NCBI GenBank assembly: GCA_963702445.1
Contig: CAVPCZ010000012.1
Coordinates: 193,199 to 257,198, forward strand
DNA from: Ignavibacteriota bacterium
GTDB taxonomy: Bacteria; Bacteroidota; Ignavibacteria; UBA10030; UBA6906
Length of the DNA: 64,000 nucleotides
Direction: 5' to 3'
Shown here piece by piece: positions 9,734 through 19,026 of this stretch. Made by a program: the position numbers and the translations under genes. Positions within the stretch are counted from its first letter, which is position 1, and each line of letters starts with the position of its first letter. Under the pieces are notes generated by a model that was given only the letters and a program-made list of their open reading frames with translations, made no database searches and was not told where the DNA came from.

Positions 9734-11026
9734 TTACGCGTCTCCTTTCCTCGGGTCGGTGATCATGCCCGTGAGTGCAGACGCCGCAGCGACCGCGGGT
9801 GAGCAGAGAAAGACTTCCGATTGGGGGTTTCCCATCCGGCCTTTGAAATTCCGGTTTGTGGTGGACAGCGCCACTTCTCCGTCGCCGAGCGCGCCTTCAT
9901 GGACACCGAGACAGGGGCCGCAGCCGGGATTCATCACCACGGCGCCCGCGCGCATGAGATCGGCGATATATCCCTGTTCGAGCGCACGCTGGTAGATCCG
10001 GCCCGAGGCGGGAAAAACCAGCATGCGTGTTTCCCGGGCGACCTTTTTCCCGCGCACAATATCCGCTGCGGTGGCAATATCGTCCAGCCTGCCGTTGGTA
10101 CACGATCCGATCACCACCTGGTTGACGCGTTTGCCGAGCACCTGGCCCACCGGCTTGACATTGTCCACCGTGTGCGGACAGGCCACCTGGGGCTCCAGGG
10201 TCGAGACATCGATCGGGATCACCTTTTCATACACGGCATCCGGATCCGGAAGCACCGGGTCGACCGGATCCTTCACTCCCGCTTCTTCGCGGAGATAGTG
10301 AAGTGTTTCCCGGTCGGCGGGAACGATGCCGGAGGTCGCGCCGGCTTCCACGGACATGTTGCAGATCACGAGACGCCCGGAGGTCGGCATCGCGTCGATT
10401 GTTTCCCCGTGAAACTCAATCACGCGGAAATTCGCGCCCTGTGCCGTAAGCAGACCGATCAGATGAAGAATCAAATCCTTGGGTCCGACCATGGGCCTGA
10501 ACGATCCGCGAACCTCAATCTTGATCGTGGCGGGCACTTCCACATTGACCGCGTGCCCCAGCGTCCAGACGCTGGCCATCTCTGTGGCGCCGATGCCGAA
10601 GGCAAAAGCCCCGAGAGCCCCATGGCTCGTGGTGTGGGAGTCCGTTCCGACAACCACCGCGCCGGGACGGACGTAGCCGCTTTCGGGCAGGATCTGGTGG
10701 CAGATTCCGCCGAGGTCTCCGCGGATGTCGTGAAACTTGCTTATCGTATGGCGCGCAACAAAATCGCGCACTTTCTTCTGGTTCGTGGCGGTTTTCGGCG
10801 ATTCCGCGGGCACCCGGTGGTCGAAAATGATGGCGACCCGCGAGGAATCCCACACCTTCGGCTCGAGCCCGGTGTCCCTGTAGATTTCGAGAAACTGATT
10901 GATCACCAGCGCGGCATTCTCATGCGACATCGCCAGATCCACCTTCGGCTCCAGCACGTCGCCGGCCCGGACAGAGTGCAGACCGCTTGCGCGGGCCAGG
11001 ATTTTTTCAACAACGGTCATGCCCAT
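9734..11026 (-). CDS. Aconitase-superfamily dehydratase large subunit (LeuC/HacA type)
   Basis: VGTDSHTTSHGALGAFAFGIG, GSCTNGRLDD and NRNFKGRMG are the Fe-S cluster Cys-containing motifs of isopropylmalate and homoaconitate dehydratases. Confidence 0.88.
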   Translation of the reverse strand: MGMTVVEKILARASGLHSVRAGDVLEPKVDLAMSHENAALVINQFLEIYRDTGLEPKVWDSSRVAIIFDHRVPAESPKTATNQKKVRDFVARHTISKFHDIRGDLGGICHQILPESGYVRPGAVVVGTDSHTTSHGALGAFAFGIGATEMASVWTLGHAVNVEVPATIKIEVRGSFRPMVGPKDLILHLIGLLTAQGANFRVIEFHGETIDAMPTSGRLVICNMSVEAGATSGIVPADRETLHYLREEAGVKDPVDPVLPDPDAVYEKVIPIDVSTLEPQVACPHTVDNVKPVGQVLGKRVNQVVIGSCTNGRLDDIATAADIVRGKKVARETRMLVFPASGRIYQRALEQGYIADLMRAGAVVMNPGCGPCLGVHEGALGDGEVALSTTNRNFKGRMGNPQSEVFLCSPAVAAASALTGMITDPRKGDA

Positions 11027-11044
11027 GGTGGTCCTTTGATGTTC

Positions 11045-12238
11045 CTAGACGATCTTCTGTTGTTTCAGTTCCGCCACCTGTTCAGGAGAATAGCCCAGCT
11101 TCCCGAGCACCTCCGCGGTGTGCTCTCCCAGTGCGGGCGGCGGGGTCGACACCACGCCCGGCGTCTTCTCGAATTTTGCGGTCAGATTGAAGAGCGGAAT
11201 GTCACCGATGCCGTCCGCATGCACCGTGGCGAAGGTCTCGCGGTGCGCCACCTGCGCCTGAACCATCGCCTGGTGGAGTGTGAGGATGGCGCCCGAAGGC
11301 ACATCGCGCCCGTTCAGCGCTGCCACCCAGTAGGCGGTCTCCTGCTCTTTGAGTTTCGCCTCCAGCAGCGGCGTGAGGGCCTTCCTGTTCTTCTTCCGTG
11401 TATCGCGCTCCTGAAACCGCGGGTCGGTCTTCAGTCCGGGAACGCCCAGGACGTCGGCCACCGCTTCCCATTGTTCCTGTTTGTTGGCAGCGATATTGAT
11501 GAACCCGTCTTTCGTGGTGAAGACACCGGAGGGTGCCGCGGTGAAGTTGTCGTTTCCCATCAGCACCGGTTGCTGGCCGCCGATCATCAGGTTGGCCACC
11601 ACCCATCCCATCAGCGGCATGATCGAATCGAGCAGCGCCACATCGATCGCCTGTCCTTCGCCGGACCGTTCACGCCAGTAGAGCGCGGCCATGATCGCAA
11701 AGGCGGCGTTGAGTCCCCCGACGGTGTCGCACACCGGAAATCCGGCGCGCAGGGGACTCAGCCGTTCATCGCCGTTGATCGCCATTTCGCCGCTCAGTCC
11801 CTGGATGATCTGGTCGTATGCGGGCTTGAGCGCATCGGGGCCCGTCTGTCCGAAGCCCGAAATTCCGCAGTACACGAGGCGGGGGTTGATGGCGCGAAGC
11901 ACGTTGTACCCCAACCCGAGCCGCCCCATCACATCGGGGCGGAAGTTCTCGACGACCACATCGGCGCTGCCGGCCAGTTTCTTGAAGATGTCTTTGCCTT
12001 CGGGGGCTTTCAGATTGAGCGTCAGCGACTTCTTGTTGGCGTTCTGCGCAAGAAAGCTGGTGCCCATGAGCATCCTGTTGTATTCCGGCACGCATCCGAG
12101 TTTCCGGGCGAGGTCGCCGTCGGTCGGATTTTCCACTTTGATCACCTCCGCGCCCAGGAGCGCGAGGTGCAGCGTCGCAAACGGGCCCGAAAGCACGTTC
12201 GTCAGGTCCAGCACGGTGATTCCCTGAAGGAGTTTCAT
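11045..12238 (-). CDS. Family III (CaiB/BaiF) CoA-transferase
   Basis: N-terminal LQGITVLDLTNVLSGPFATLHLALLGAEVIKVE, and a catalytic-Asp region typical of family III transferases (LSGEMAINGD...). Confidence 0.85.
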   Translation of the reverse strand: MKLLQGITVLDLTNVLSGPFATLHLALLGAEVIKVENPTDGDLARKLGCVPEYNRMLMGTSFLAQNANKKSLTLNLKAPEGKDIFKKLAGSADVVVENFRPDVMGRLGLGYNVLRAINPRLVYCGISGFGQTGPDALKPAYDQIIQGLSGEMAINGDERLSPLRAGFPVCDTVGGLNAAFAIMAALYWRERSGEGQAIDVALLDSIMPLMGWVVANLMIGGQQPVLMGNDNFTAAPSGVFTTKDGFINIAANKQEQWEAVADVLGVPGLKTDPRFQERDTRKKNRKALTPLLEAKLKEQETAYWVAALNGRDVPSGAILTLHQAMVQAQVAHRETFATVHADGIGDIPLFNLTAKFEKTPGVVSTPPPALGEHTAEVLGKLGYSPEQVAELKQQKIV

Positions 12239-13158
12239 GTATGGCGTCCGTGGGGGATCCCCCCCGTTTTGTATACCGTTCCCGGCATGTCACGCTGGAA
12301 CCATTCCGCGAAGCTGTGCGCCACATCGAGAAGTCCGTGCAGGTGCACGTCGTTCCTGATTCCCATGCGCTGCCACATATGCACGAGGTCCTCCGTGCAG
12401 ACGTTGCCTCCCGCGACTTTGGTGAACGGGCAGCCGCCGAGGCCGGCAATGGACGACTCAAATGTGCTCACCCCGGCCGACATCGCGGCGTGGCAATTCG
12501 CCAGGCCCATGCCGTAGGTGTTGTGGAAGTGGCAGGCCAGCTCGAGGCTGTCGTCGACAGCCAGCACGGATTCGTACATGCGTTTCACCCGGTCGGGTGA
12601 TGCATGGCCTGCGGTATCGGCAAGGCTGATCTGGCGGAGGCCCGCGCCGGCGTACCGCCGGACGATTTCGAGAACCCGGTCCTGCGGCACCGCCCCTTCG
12701 AACCCGCACCCGAAAGCGGACTGGACCGACACCTGCACCTGTTTCTTCTCCGCGATCGCCCGCTGTGCGGTGGCGATGATCCGTTCCGTCGCGTCGGCGA
12801 CGGACATACCGGTGTTTTTCATGCTGTGGGTTTCGCTGGCGGACACGCCGAGGCAGTACATCTGCACGCCGCAGGCAAGACCGCGCTCCAGTCCCTTCTC
12901 ATTCAGCACGAGTGCCGAGAGGATCACCCCCGGCGGGACGGCGTTCGGTGCCGAGAGGATCTGAAAGAGACGGTCGGTGTCCGCCATTTGCGGCACTTTG
13001 ACCGGGTGCACAAAGGAACCGACCTGGATGATATCGACCCCGGTGGCGGCGAGGGCGCGGATCCACTCCGTTTTCTGTTCCGTCGGAACGGTCTGCTTTT
13101 CCATCTGCAGCCCGTCCCGGAGTCCGACTTCATGCAGAATCCGTGTCCCCGTACTCAT
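12235..13158 (-). CDS. HMG-CoA-lyase-family (DRE-TIM) acyl-CoA lyase
   Basis: HEVGLRDGLQ, GSFVHPVKVPQMAD, HFHNTYGMG and GLGGCPFTKVAGGNVCTEDLV closely follow the HMG-CoA lyase pattern. The ATG at 13158 overlaps the upstream stop by ATGA; I reject the 124-aa N-terminal extension in the ORF track. Confidence 0.85.
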   Translation of the reverse strand: MSTGTRILHEVGLRDGLQMEKQTVPTEQKTEWIRALAATGVDIIQVGSFVHPVKVPQMADTDRLFQILSAPNAVPPGVILSALVLNEKGLERGLACGVQMYCLGVSASETHSMKNTGMSVADATERIIATAQRAIAEKKQVQVSVQSAFGCGFEGAVPQDRVLEIVRRYAGAGLRQISLADTAGHASPDRVKRMYESVLAVDDSLELACHFHNTYGMGLANCHAAMSAGVSTFESSIAGLGGCPFTKVAGGNVCTEDLVHMWQRMGIRNDVHLHGLLDVAHSFAEWFQRDMPGTVYKTGGIPHGRHT

Positions 13159-14273
13159 AGCCGGTCCGCGATGGCCTCCGCCATCTCCATGGTGCTGTTG
13201 CCGCCCCCCATGTCGTAGGTCCGGATCCGCCCTTCCTTGATCACCGCTGCCGTTGCCTGTTCGATTCGCGTCCCCTTCTCCGTCTCGCCGAGCCAGTCCA
13301 GCATCATCTTTGCGGCCAGAATTGTGGCGATGGGATTCACCTTGTACTGGCCCGCGTATTTGGGCGCGGAGCCGTGTGAGGGTTCGAAGACCGCAAGGCG
13401 GTGACCGATATTGCCCGAACACCCGAAGCCGAGTCCGCCGACCATCTGGGCCGCAAGATCCGAGATGATATCCCCATAGAGATTCGGCGCGACAAGCACG
13501 TCGTAGCTGAAAGGGTTCTTGAGGAGCCACATGCAGATGGCATCCACGTTGGCTTCGTCGAAATGGATTTCCGGGTATTCACGCGCGACTTTCTTCGCCT
13601 CGTCCAGGAACAGTCCGTCCGTTGCGCGGACGACATTGGCTTTGTGGACGATCGTCACCTTGCGGCGATGGAATTTTCTGGCGAACTCGAACGCCGCGCG
13701 CACGATGCGGTCGGATCCCCGTTTCGTGTTGATCTTGCAGGATACCGCGTACTGGTCACCCGCAAGATCCCGGAACGCCCCGAAGGGTTTCGAAAGCCTG
13801 ACAAGCACCTCGGAGAGTTCCCTGGGGACGGGGTTGAATTCCACCCCGGCGTACAGGTCTTCCGTATTCTCGCGGAACACGACGAGGTTGATGCCGTCTT
13901 TCAGGTTCAGCGGGTTGCCCCCGTACGCCTTGCAGGGCCGCAGGCAGATATACAGATCGAACATCTGCCGCATGCGGACGATCGGCGACCGGTAGATCAG
14001 TCCTTTCCCCTGGAGATCCGGCACCAGTTCGCTTTCCGCCGCCTTCACGGGCTTTGACGTGATTGCGCCGAACATGGCCGCGTTGACCCGGCGCAGGAGC
14101 TCAATGGTGCGCTGGGGAAACGCATCACCTTCCTTGCACCAGAACTCCCATCCGATGTCGCCGTGGATATATTCGGCATCCAGCTGAATCCTGTCGAGGA
14201 CGACACGTGTGGCGTCCATGACATCTTTCCCGATGCCGTCCCCCGGCAGCCAGGCGATCGTGTATTTGCTCAT
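13155..14273 (-). CDS. Isocitrate/isopropylmalate/homoisocitrate dehydrogenase-family beta-decarboxylating dehydrogenase (IDH-like loop)
   Basis: LPGDGIGKDV, YRSPIVRMRQMFDLYICLRPC (closer to the IDH xRSLNVALRQ/DLYxCLRP pattern than to LeuB), VFRENTEDLY, NLYGDIISDL. Confidence 0.85.
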   Translation of the reverse strand: MSKYTIAWLPGDGIGKDVMDATRVVLDRIQLDAEYIHGDIGWEFWCKEGDAFPQRTIELLRRVNAAMFGAITSKPVKAAESELVPDLQGKGLIYRSPIVRMRQMFDLYICLRPCKAYGGNPLNLKDGINLVVFRENTEDLYAGVEFNPVPRELSEVLVRLSKPFGAFRDLAGDQYAVSCKINTKRGSDRIVRAAFEFARKFHRRKVTIVHKANVVRATDGLFLDEAKKVAREYPEIHFDEANVDAICMWLLKNPFSYDVLVAPNLYGDIISDLAAQMVGGLGFGCSGNIGHRLAVFEPSHGSAPKYAGQYKVNPIATILAAKMMLDWLGETEKGTRIEQATAAVIKEGRIRTYDMGGGNSTMEMAEAIADRL

Positions 14274-14303
14274 CGTGGTCCGTTTGCTCCGTATTTGTTC
14301 CGG

Positions 14304-14555
14304 TCAGTCCGCCATTCCCGTCTCCAGGTCCCTCTGGAGCTGCAATTCGTCGAGTTCTTTCCGGAGGGTGTCGGCATGCCCCTGTTCCATGGCGGCCAGC
14401 CCGAGGAGCATGCGTTGTGTATGGGCATTTCCCGCATGGTCGGCGGCAAGCCGATAATACTCGCGCGCCTCCACCTCGTCGGCGATGGCCAGCTCGAGGA
14501 TGTCCTGCAGGGACATATCGTTCCAGTTAAGCTTGTCGTGCGGTGGGTGTGCCAT
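14304..14555 (-). CDS. Small ferritin-like/rubrerythrin-type two-helix protein
   Basis: The 83-aa ORF has ELAIADEVEAREYY and AAMEQGHADTL (E...E and ExxH spacing as in diiron four-helix-bundle halves). Weak, motif-level call. Confidence 0.4.
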   Translation of the reverse strand: MAHPPHDKLNWNDMSLQDILELAIADEVEAREYYRLAADHAGNAHTQRMLLGLAAMEQGHADTLRKELDELQLQRDLETGMAD

Positions 14556-14558
14556 GGG

Positions 14559-14807
14559 TCATGCGAAGCTGTCGTTGATTCGGTTTGTCACATTGAGCTT
14601 CACGAGAAGAATTTCGCGCTTCTCGCGCAGGAGCCGCAACCCTCTCTCCCTCTCGGCGATCAGGGTTTCGAGGAGCTCCTTCACATCGGGGTAGTCGCAC
14701 CGGGAGGCATACCCTCGGTACTCCTGAATCGTCTGTTCCTCCCGATGTTCGGCCACTTCCAGTGCGTTACAGAGCCCGTTGCACGAATGCACGCATTGGG
14801 AATCCAT
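14559..14807 (-). CDS. Small hypothetical protein, Cys-rich N-terminus plus a helical ExxH-like segment
   Basis: The 82-aa ORF sits 3 nt upstream of the previous small ORF. It contains CVHSCNGLCNALEVAEHREEQTIQEY. Its coding status is supported only by position in the operon and by its charged, non-shadow-like composition. Confidence 0.35.
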   Translation of the reverse strand: MDSQCVHSCNGLCNALEVAEHREEQTIQEYRGYASRCDYPDVKELLETLIAERERGLRLLREKREILLVKLNVTNRINDSFA

Positions 14808-14875
14808 ACGTTCTCCTCGCTCTTCTGTCTGTCTCTCTCCCTGCCGGCCACGTGTCCGGCCCGCGGCGCTTCCGC

Positions 14876-15427
14876 TCAGGCCATTGCCGGCGACCCGGCC
14901 AGCTCGATACCTCTCCGCAACGCCTGTTCATTGAGGGGAAGCAGGTGATGGTACCGTTCGGGGAGCACTTTGTGCATCGCCTTCATGATGGAGTCGATAT
15001 CCACCACGTGCGTACGTTCAATGAAGGCGCCCAGCACGATCATATTCAGGACTTTGGTATTCTTCATTTTCACCGCTTCTTCACCCGCGGCGATCGGGAC
15101 AATCCGTATGTCCGTACGGGTGGGCGGCGCGATGATGCTCGTGGAATCGTACAGCAGGACCCCGCCGGGCTTCACCGCTTTTTCGAACTTCTCCAGCGAG
15201 GGCTGGTTCAGCGCGATCACCGTGTCGAAGACCGTCACAATCGGCGAGCTGATGCGGGAGTCCGAAACAATGACGATGCAATTGGCCGTGCCCCCCCGCA
15301 TTTCTGGTCCGTACGACGGCATCCAGGTGACTTCCTTCTTCTCAATCATGCCGGCGTATCCCAGAGCCATCCCCATGGAGAGGACCCCCTGTCCGCCAAA
15401 CCCGGCGATCAAAAGTTCATGCGTCAT
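14876..15427 (-). CDS. 2-oxoacid:ferredoxin oxidoreductase, gamma subunit
   Basis: The N-terminus LLIAGFGGQGVLSMG and the ~180-aa size are typical of Kor/Por/Vor gamma subunits. Confidence 0.88.
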   Translation of the reverse strand: MTHELLIAGFGGQGVLSMGMALGYAGMIEKKEVTWMPSYGPEMRGGTANCIVIVSDSRISSPIVTVFDTVIALNQPSLEKFEKAVKPGGVLLYDSTSIIAPPTRTDIRIVPIAAGEEAVKMKNTKVLNMIVLGAFIERTHVVDIDSIMKAMHKVLPERYHHLLPLNEQALRRGIELAGSPAMA

Positions 15428-15471
15428 GATGTTGTCCTTGCCATTCGTCGTTCAGCGGTGATGATCCGTGC

Positions 15472-16257
15472 TTATTTTGGCGTGCGGAGATCACCGGTCG
15501 GGTAGAGCGGCAACATATTCTCGACGAGCCACTTGTTCGACTGTACCGGCGTCATTTTCCATCCGGAGGGGCAGTTGGACACCACCTCCACGAAACATGT
15601 TCCTTTGTGTTCTTTCTGGTACTGGAACGATTTCGTAATCGCCTTCTTCAGCTGGCGCACCGCGTTGGGCGTGTGGACCGTCTGGCGTGTCACGTAGGCC
15701 ACTCCCGGCAGCAGGGCGATCATGTCGGCGATCTTCAGGGGGAACCCCGCCGTTTCCACAGTGCGCCCTTCGGGTGACGTGGACGTCTTCATCCCCAGCA
15801 GGCTGGTGGGCGCCATCTGTCCGCCGGTCATGCCGTAGATGCCATTGTTGATGAACAGCATGAGGATGTTTTCCCCGCGATTGCAGGTGTGGATGGTTTC
15901 GGCGGTCCCTATCGCGGCGAGATCACCGTCACCCTGATAGGAAAAGACATACCGGTCCGGCAGGAGACGTTTCACGGCGGTGGCCACCGCGCTGGCGCGC
16001 CCGTGGGCGGCTTCCTGCATGTCAATGTTCATATAGTGATAGGCAAACACGGAGCAGCCGACAGGTGCGACACCGATGGTGCGCTCCGCGATCTGCAGTT
16101 CGTCGAGCACTTCCATAAGCACGCGGTGGACGACGCTGTGTCCGCACCCCGGACAGTAGTGAAAGCGCGCATCGGTCAGCGTGTCGGGTCTTTCGTACAC
16201 ACATTCCATCGCTTCCGTCTCACCTGCGGCCGGTTCCTGAACGAGTTCCTGTGCCAT
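15472..16257 (-). CDS. 2-oxoacid:ferredoxin oxidoreductase, beta (TPP-binding) subunit
   Basis: YCPGCGHS and the TPP motif SYQGDGDLAAIG...NNGIYGMTGGQ. The ATG at 16257 lies immediately after the alpha-subunit stop. Confidence 0.9.
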   Translation of the reverse strand: MAQELVQEPAAGETEAMECVYERPDTLTDARFHYCPGCGHSVVHRVLMEVLDELQIAERTIGVAPVGCSVFAYHYMNIDMQEAAHGRASAVATAVKRLLPDRYVFSYQGDGDLAAIGTAETIHTCNRGENILMLFINNGIYGMTGGQMAPTSLLGMKTSTSPEGRTVETAGFPLKIADMIALLPGVAYVTRQTVHTPNAVRQLKKAITKSFQYQKEHKGTCFVEVVSNCPSGWKMTPVQSNKWLVENMLPLYPTGDLRTPK

Positions 16258-16258
16258 G

Positions 16259-17353
16259 TCAGTTCGCCTCCACGGGGTGTTGCACACTGCGTATCGCCAG
16301 CCGGTCGAGGGCCGTCACCACTTCCTCGGGGGATGGGATGACGCCCCCCATACGGCCGGTAAAATGCACCGGAGCGCGTCCTTCAACGGCGAGACGGACA
16401 TCCTCCACCATCTGACCCGCATTCATTTCCACCACGAGCACACCGCGGAGCCGGCCGGCGAGTGCGCGCAGCACATCGGACGGATAGGGCCAGAGCGTGA
16501 TCGGACGAAGGAGGCCGACTTTCTTCCCCCCGGCGCGGGCCAGCTCCACAGCGCGGTGGGCAATGCGCGCGGCAAGCCCGAATGCGACGATCAGGTATTC
16601 CGCATCGTCGGCTTCAACGAGTTCATACCGCACCTCGCGTGCCGCGATCGTGCGGAATTTCTCCTGGAGCCTGAGGTTGACCTGTTCCATCTGTTCGGCC
16701 AGCATATGCAGCGAGGTGATAACATTCGGCGCGCGGTCCTTCGGTTTGCCGGTGGTCGCCCAGGGTTTGGGCGGAATATGGTCCGCCGGTGTGTAGTCGT
16801 GGTATTCGACCTTTTCCATCATCTGTCCCAGAGCGCCGTCGGAGAGTATCAGGACAGGCGTGCGATACCGGTCGGCCAGATCAAATCCATCAAAGACAAA
16901 ATCCGCCATTTCCTGCACACTGGAGGGCGCAAGCACCACGAGATTATAGTCACCGTGGCCGCCTCCCTTGACGGCCTGAAAATAATCGCCCTGCGAAGAC
17001 TGGATGGTGCCGAGTCCGGGTCCGCCGCGGCTCACGTTCACCAGCAGACAGGGCACCTCCGCGGCGGCGATGTAGGAGATCCCTTCCTGCATAAGGCTGA
17101 ACCCGGGACTGGAGGAAGAGGTCATCACGCGTGCACCGGCGCCGCCGGCGCCGTACACCATATTGATGGACGCCACTTCACTTTCCGCCTGCAGGACAAT
17201 CATCCCCCGCTTTCGTCCCTCGTCGGTGAGGTACTCGAGAATTTCGGATTGTGGCGTGATGGGATAGCCAAAATAGGCCTGGCAGCCGGCGCGGATTGCC
17301 GCTTCCGCCAGCGCCTCGTTGCCTTTCATGAGTCTGATGTCACCCACGGTCAT
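16259..17353 (-). CDS. 2-oxoacid:ferredoxin oxidoreductase, alpha subunit
   Basis: [30 protein letters not shown] is the conserved N-terminus of OFOR alpha subunits. Confidence 0.9.
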   Translation of the reverse strand: MTVGDIRLMKGNEALAEAAIRAGCQAYFGYPITPQSEILEYLTDEGRKRGMIVLQAESEVASINMVYGAGGAGARVMTSSSSPGFSLMQEGISYIAAAEVPCLLVNVSRGGPGLGTIQSSQGDYFQAVKGGGHGDYNLVVLAPSSVQEMADFVFDGFDLADRYRTPVLILSDGALGQMMEKVEYHDYTPADHIPPKPWATTGKPKDRAPNVITSLHMLAEQMEQVNLRLQEKFRTIAAREVRYELVEADDAEYLIVAFGLAARIAHRAVELARAGGKKVGLLRPITLWPYPSDVLRALAGRLRGVLVVEMNAGQMVEDVRLAVEGRAPVHFTGRMGGVIPSPEEVVTALDRLAIRSVQHPVEAN

Positions 17354-17652
17354 TTCCTTTCATCGGCAATGGTCACCGTAATGTTCTCAGTCACATTGGT
17401 GATACGCGCGACGGGCACCTTTTCCTTCTTCTTTGTTTCGCGGTACACGGTAATGACGGCATCCGGACACACCAGCGCACAGTTGGTGCACCCCGTGCAG
17501 TTATCCTGGATCAGGACCGCATAGTGGTAGCCCTGCGCGTTGATCTTCGGCGATAATTGCAGACTCCCCTGCGGGCACGCTTCGATGCAGAGCTCACAGC
17601 CTTTGCAGGTATCAACATCGAACTTCACTTTTCCTTTGGCCATCGACTCCAC
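17350..17652 (-). CDS. 2-oxoacid:ferredoxin oxidoreductase, delta subunit (2x[4Fe-4S] ferredoxin)
   Basis: Two CxxCxxCxxxCP motifs ([12 protein letters not shown] and [12 protein letters not shown]). ATGA overlap with the alpha subunit. Confidence 0.85.
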   Translation of the reverse strand: MESMAKGKVKFDVDTCKGCELCIEACPQGSLQLSPKINAQGYHYAVLIQDNCTGCTNCALVCPDAVITVYRETKKKEKVPVARITNVTENITVTIADERK

Positions 17653-17697
17653 TCCTCGCTGTCTATGTCATGGGGACGGCACCGGCGGAGCCCGCCC

Positions 17698-19026
17698 TTA
17701 CCGGGTGCTGTCGAGTGAATGTTGAAGATCGGTGATGATGTCCTCCGGCTTCTCCAGTCCGATGGCAAGCCGCACACCGCCGGGATCCATGCCGTTGGCG
17801 ACCTGTTCTTCGGCGGGAATTGCCGAGTGGGTCATTGACCCGGGATGTTCAATCAGGGTGCGGATATTGCCGAGGCTCACCGCGAGGGTCACGCAATACG
17901 CTTCCTGCGCGATGTGATTGATGAAGCGTTCGGCCCGTTTGAGTGCATCCGGCGGGTTGGCGCCCTTCATCACAAAATAGATCATCGAACCGGGCGCAAA
18001 GTTGCCGTCGAAGTCCCGCATCTGCCGCCGGGCAAGTTCGGCCTGGGGGAACGACGGAAGACCCGGGTAGCAGACGGATTCGATTTCCGGACGCTGCTGC
18101 AGAAATTCCGCGACCACCTGTGCGGTCACCTGCATCTGGCGCATGCGGGTAGCAAGCGAGGGAAGACCCACCACGAGGACGGGCCATGCGCTCTTTGCCG
18201 ACAGCACGCCGCCAAAGTCCTTCCGGTACAGCATCAGCTGATCGTAGCTCCACCGCGGGCCGATCACCACCCCGCCGATATCCGTTCCGAAGCCGCCGAT
18301 GGCTTTGGTGAGTGAATGCACCACAAAGTCGATGCCCAGAGAAATCGGCCGCTGGCAGAAGGGCGTCGCGAAGGTGCTGTCGACCACCGTGTAGATGCGG
18401 TCTTCGGGAGCGCGCCCGGCATTCGCCTGTAGGGCGATATCCGCAATCCGCTTCAGATCGGTCAGGCCCATGGTGGGATTGACCGGCGATTCCATATAGA
18501 GAACGCGCGTGTTGCGGGTGATGGCTTTTGCCACCTCATCCGGCTTGAGAAAGTCGACGAACTTCACGCCGATTTTGAGGCGTGGATACCAGTTCATCAG
18601 CAGCGAATAGGTGCAACCGTACAGCGTGCGGTGCGCCACGATTTCACTTCCGGTCCCGGTAAGGGTTCCCAGTACACCGGAGATGGCGGCCATACCGCTG
18701 GCAAACGCCACGGCAATATCGCCCCCCTCGGCGTACGCCAGGTTCTCCTCGAGCATGTCCTTGTTCGGTTCCCCCAGACGGTCATAGATATAGATGGGGG
18801 CCTTCGTCTTGACATTCACCTCGTCGCTGCGATGCGCGAACTCCGTGAAACCCTGTGCCCCCCGCTGGGCGCTGTCAAGCCGGAATGTTGCCGAGGCGGA
18901 AATCGGCGGCAAGAGATGATGACTGTAATCCCAGAGAGGGTCGTCCATCCGGCCGTAGATCAGGTGGGCTTCCACCGAATGCCGGTGTGCTTCCTTCTTG
19001 GGCGGTGTGGTGTGTTCTGGCTTCAT
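17698..19026 (-). CDS. Cys/Met-metabolism PLP-dependent enzyme (methionine gamma-lyase, cystathionine or O-acylhomoserine sulfhydrylase family)
   Basis: Family pattern YxRxxNP-like segments and the PLP-lysine motif HSLTKAIGGFGTDIGG. Substrate not assignable from the sequence. Confidence 0.78.
   Translation of the reverse strand: MKPEHTTPPKKEAHRHSVEAHLIYGRMDDPLWDYSHHLLPPISASATFRLDSAQRGAQGFTEFAHRSDEVNVKTKAPIYIYDRLGEPNKDMLEENLAYAEGGDIAVAFASGMAAISGVLGTLTGTGSEIVAHRTLYGCTYSLLMNWYPRLKIGVKFVDFLKPDEVAKAITRNTRVLYMESPVNPTMGLTDLKRIADIALQANAGRAPEDRIYTVVDSTFATPFCQRPISLGIDFVVHSLTKAIGGFGTDIGGVVIGPRWSYDQLMLYRKDFGGVLSAKSAWPVLVVGLPSLATRMRQMQVTAQVVAEFLQQRPEIESVCYPGLPSFPQAELARRQMRDFDGNFAPGSMIYFVMKGANPPDALKRAERFINHIAQEAYCVTLAVSLGNIRTLIEHPGSMTHSAIPAEEQVANGMDPGGVRLAIGLEKPEDIITDLQHSLDSTR

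Noticed and set aside
9821-12517. An 898-aa plus-strand ORF, the longest in the track
   Set aside because: It runs antisense to the leuC-like, CoA-transferase and HMGL-like genes, each of which has strong family motifs. Its own translation is Arg/Gly/His/Pro-rich with no recognisable domain. This is a typical stop-free shadow frame in GC-rich DNA.
13159-13530. A 124-codon N-terminal extension of the HMG-CoA-lyase-like ORF
   Set aside because: The extension overlaps the 3' end of the dehydrogenase gene in another frame and is Arg/Gly-rich nonsense. The conserved lyase N-terminus starts at ATG 13158, which forms an ATGA overlap with the upstream stop.
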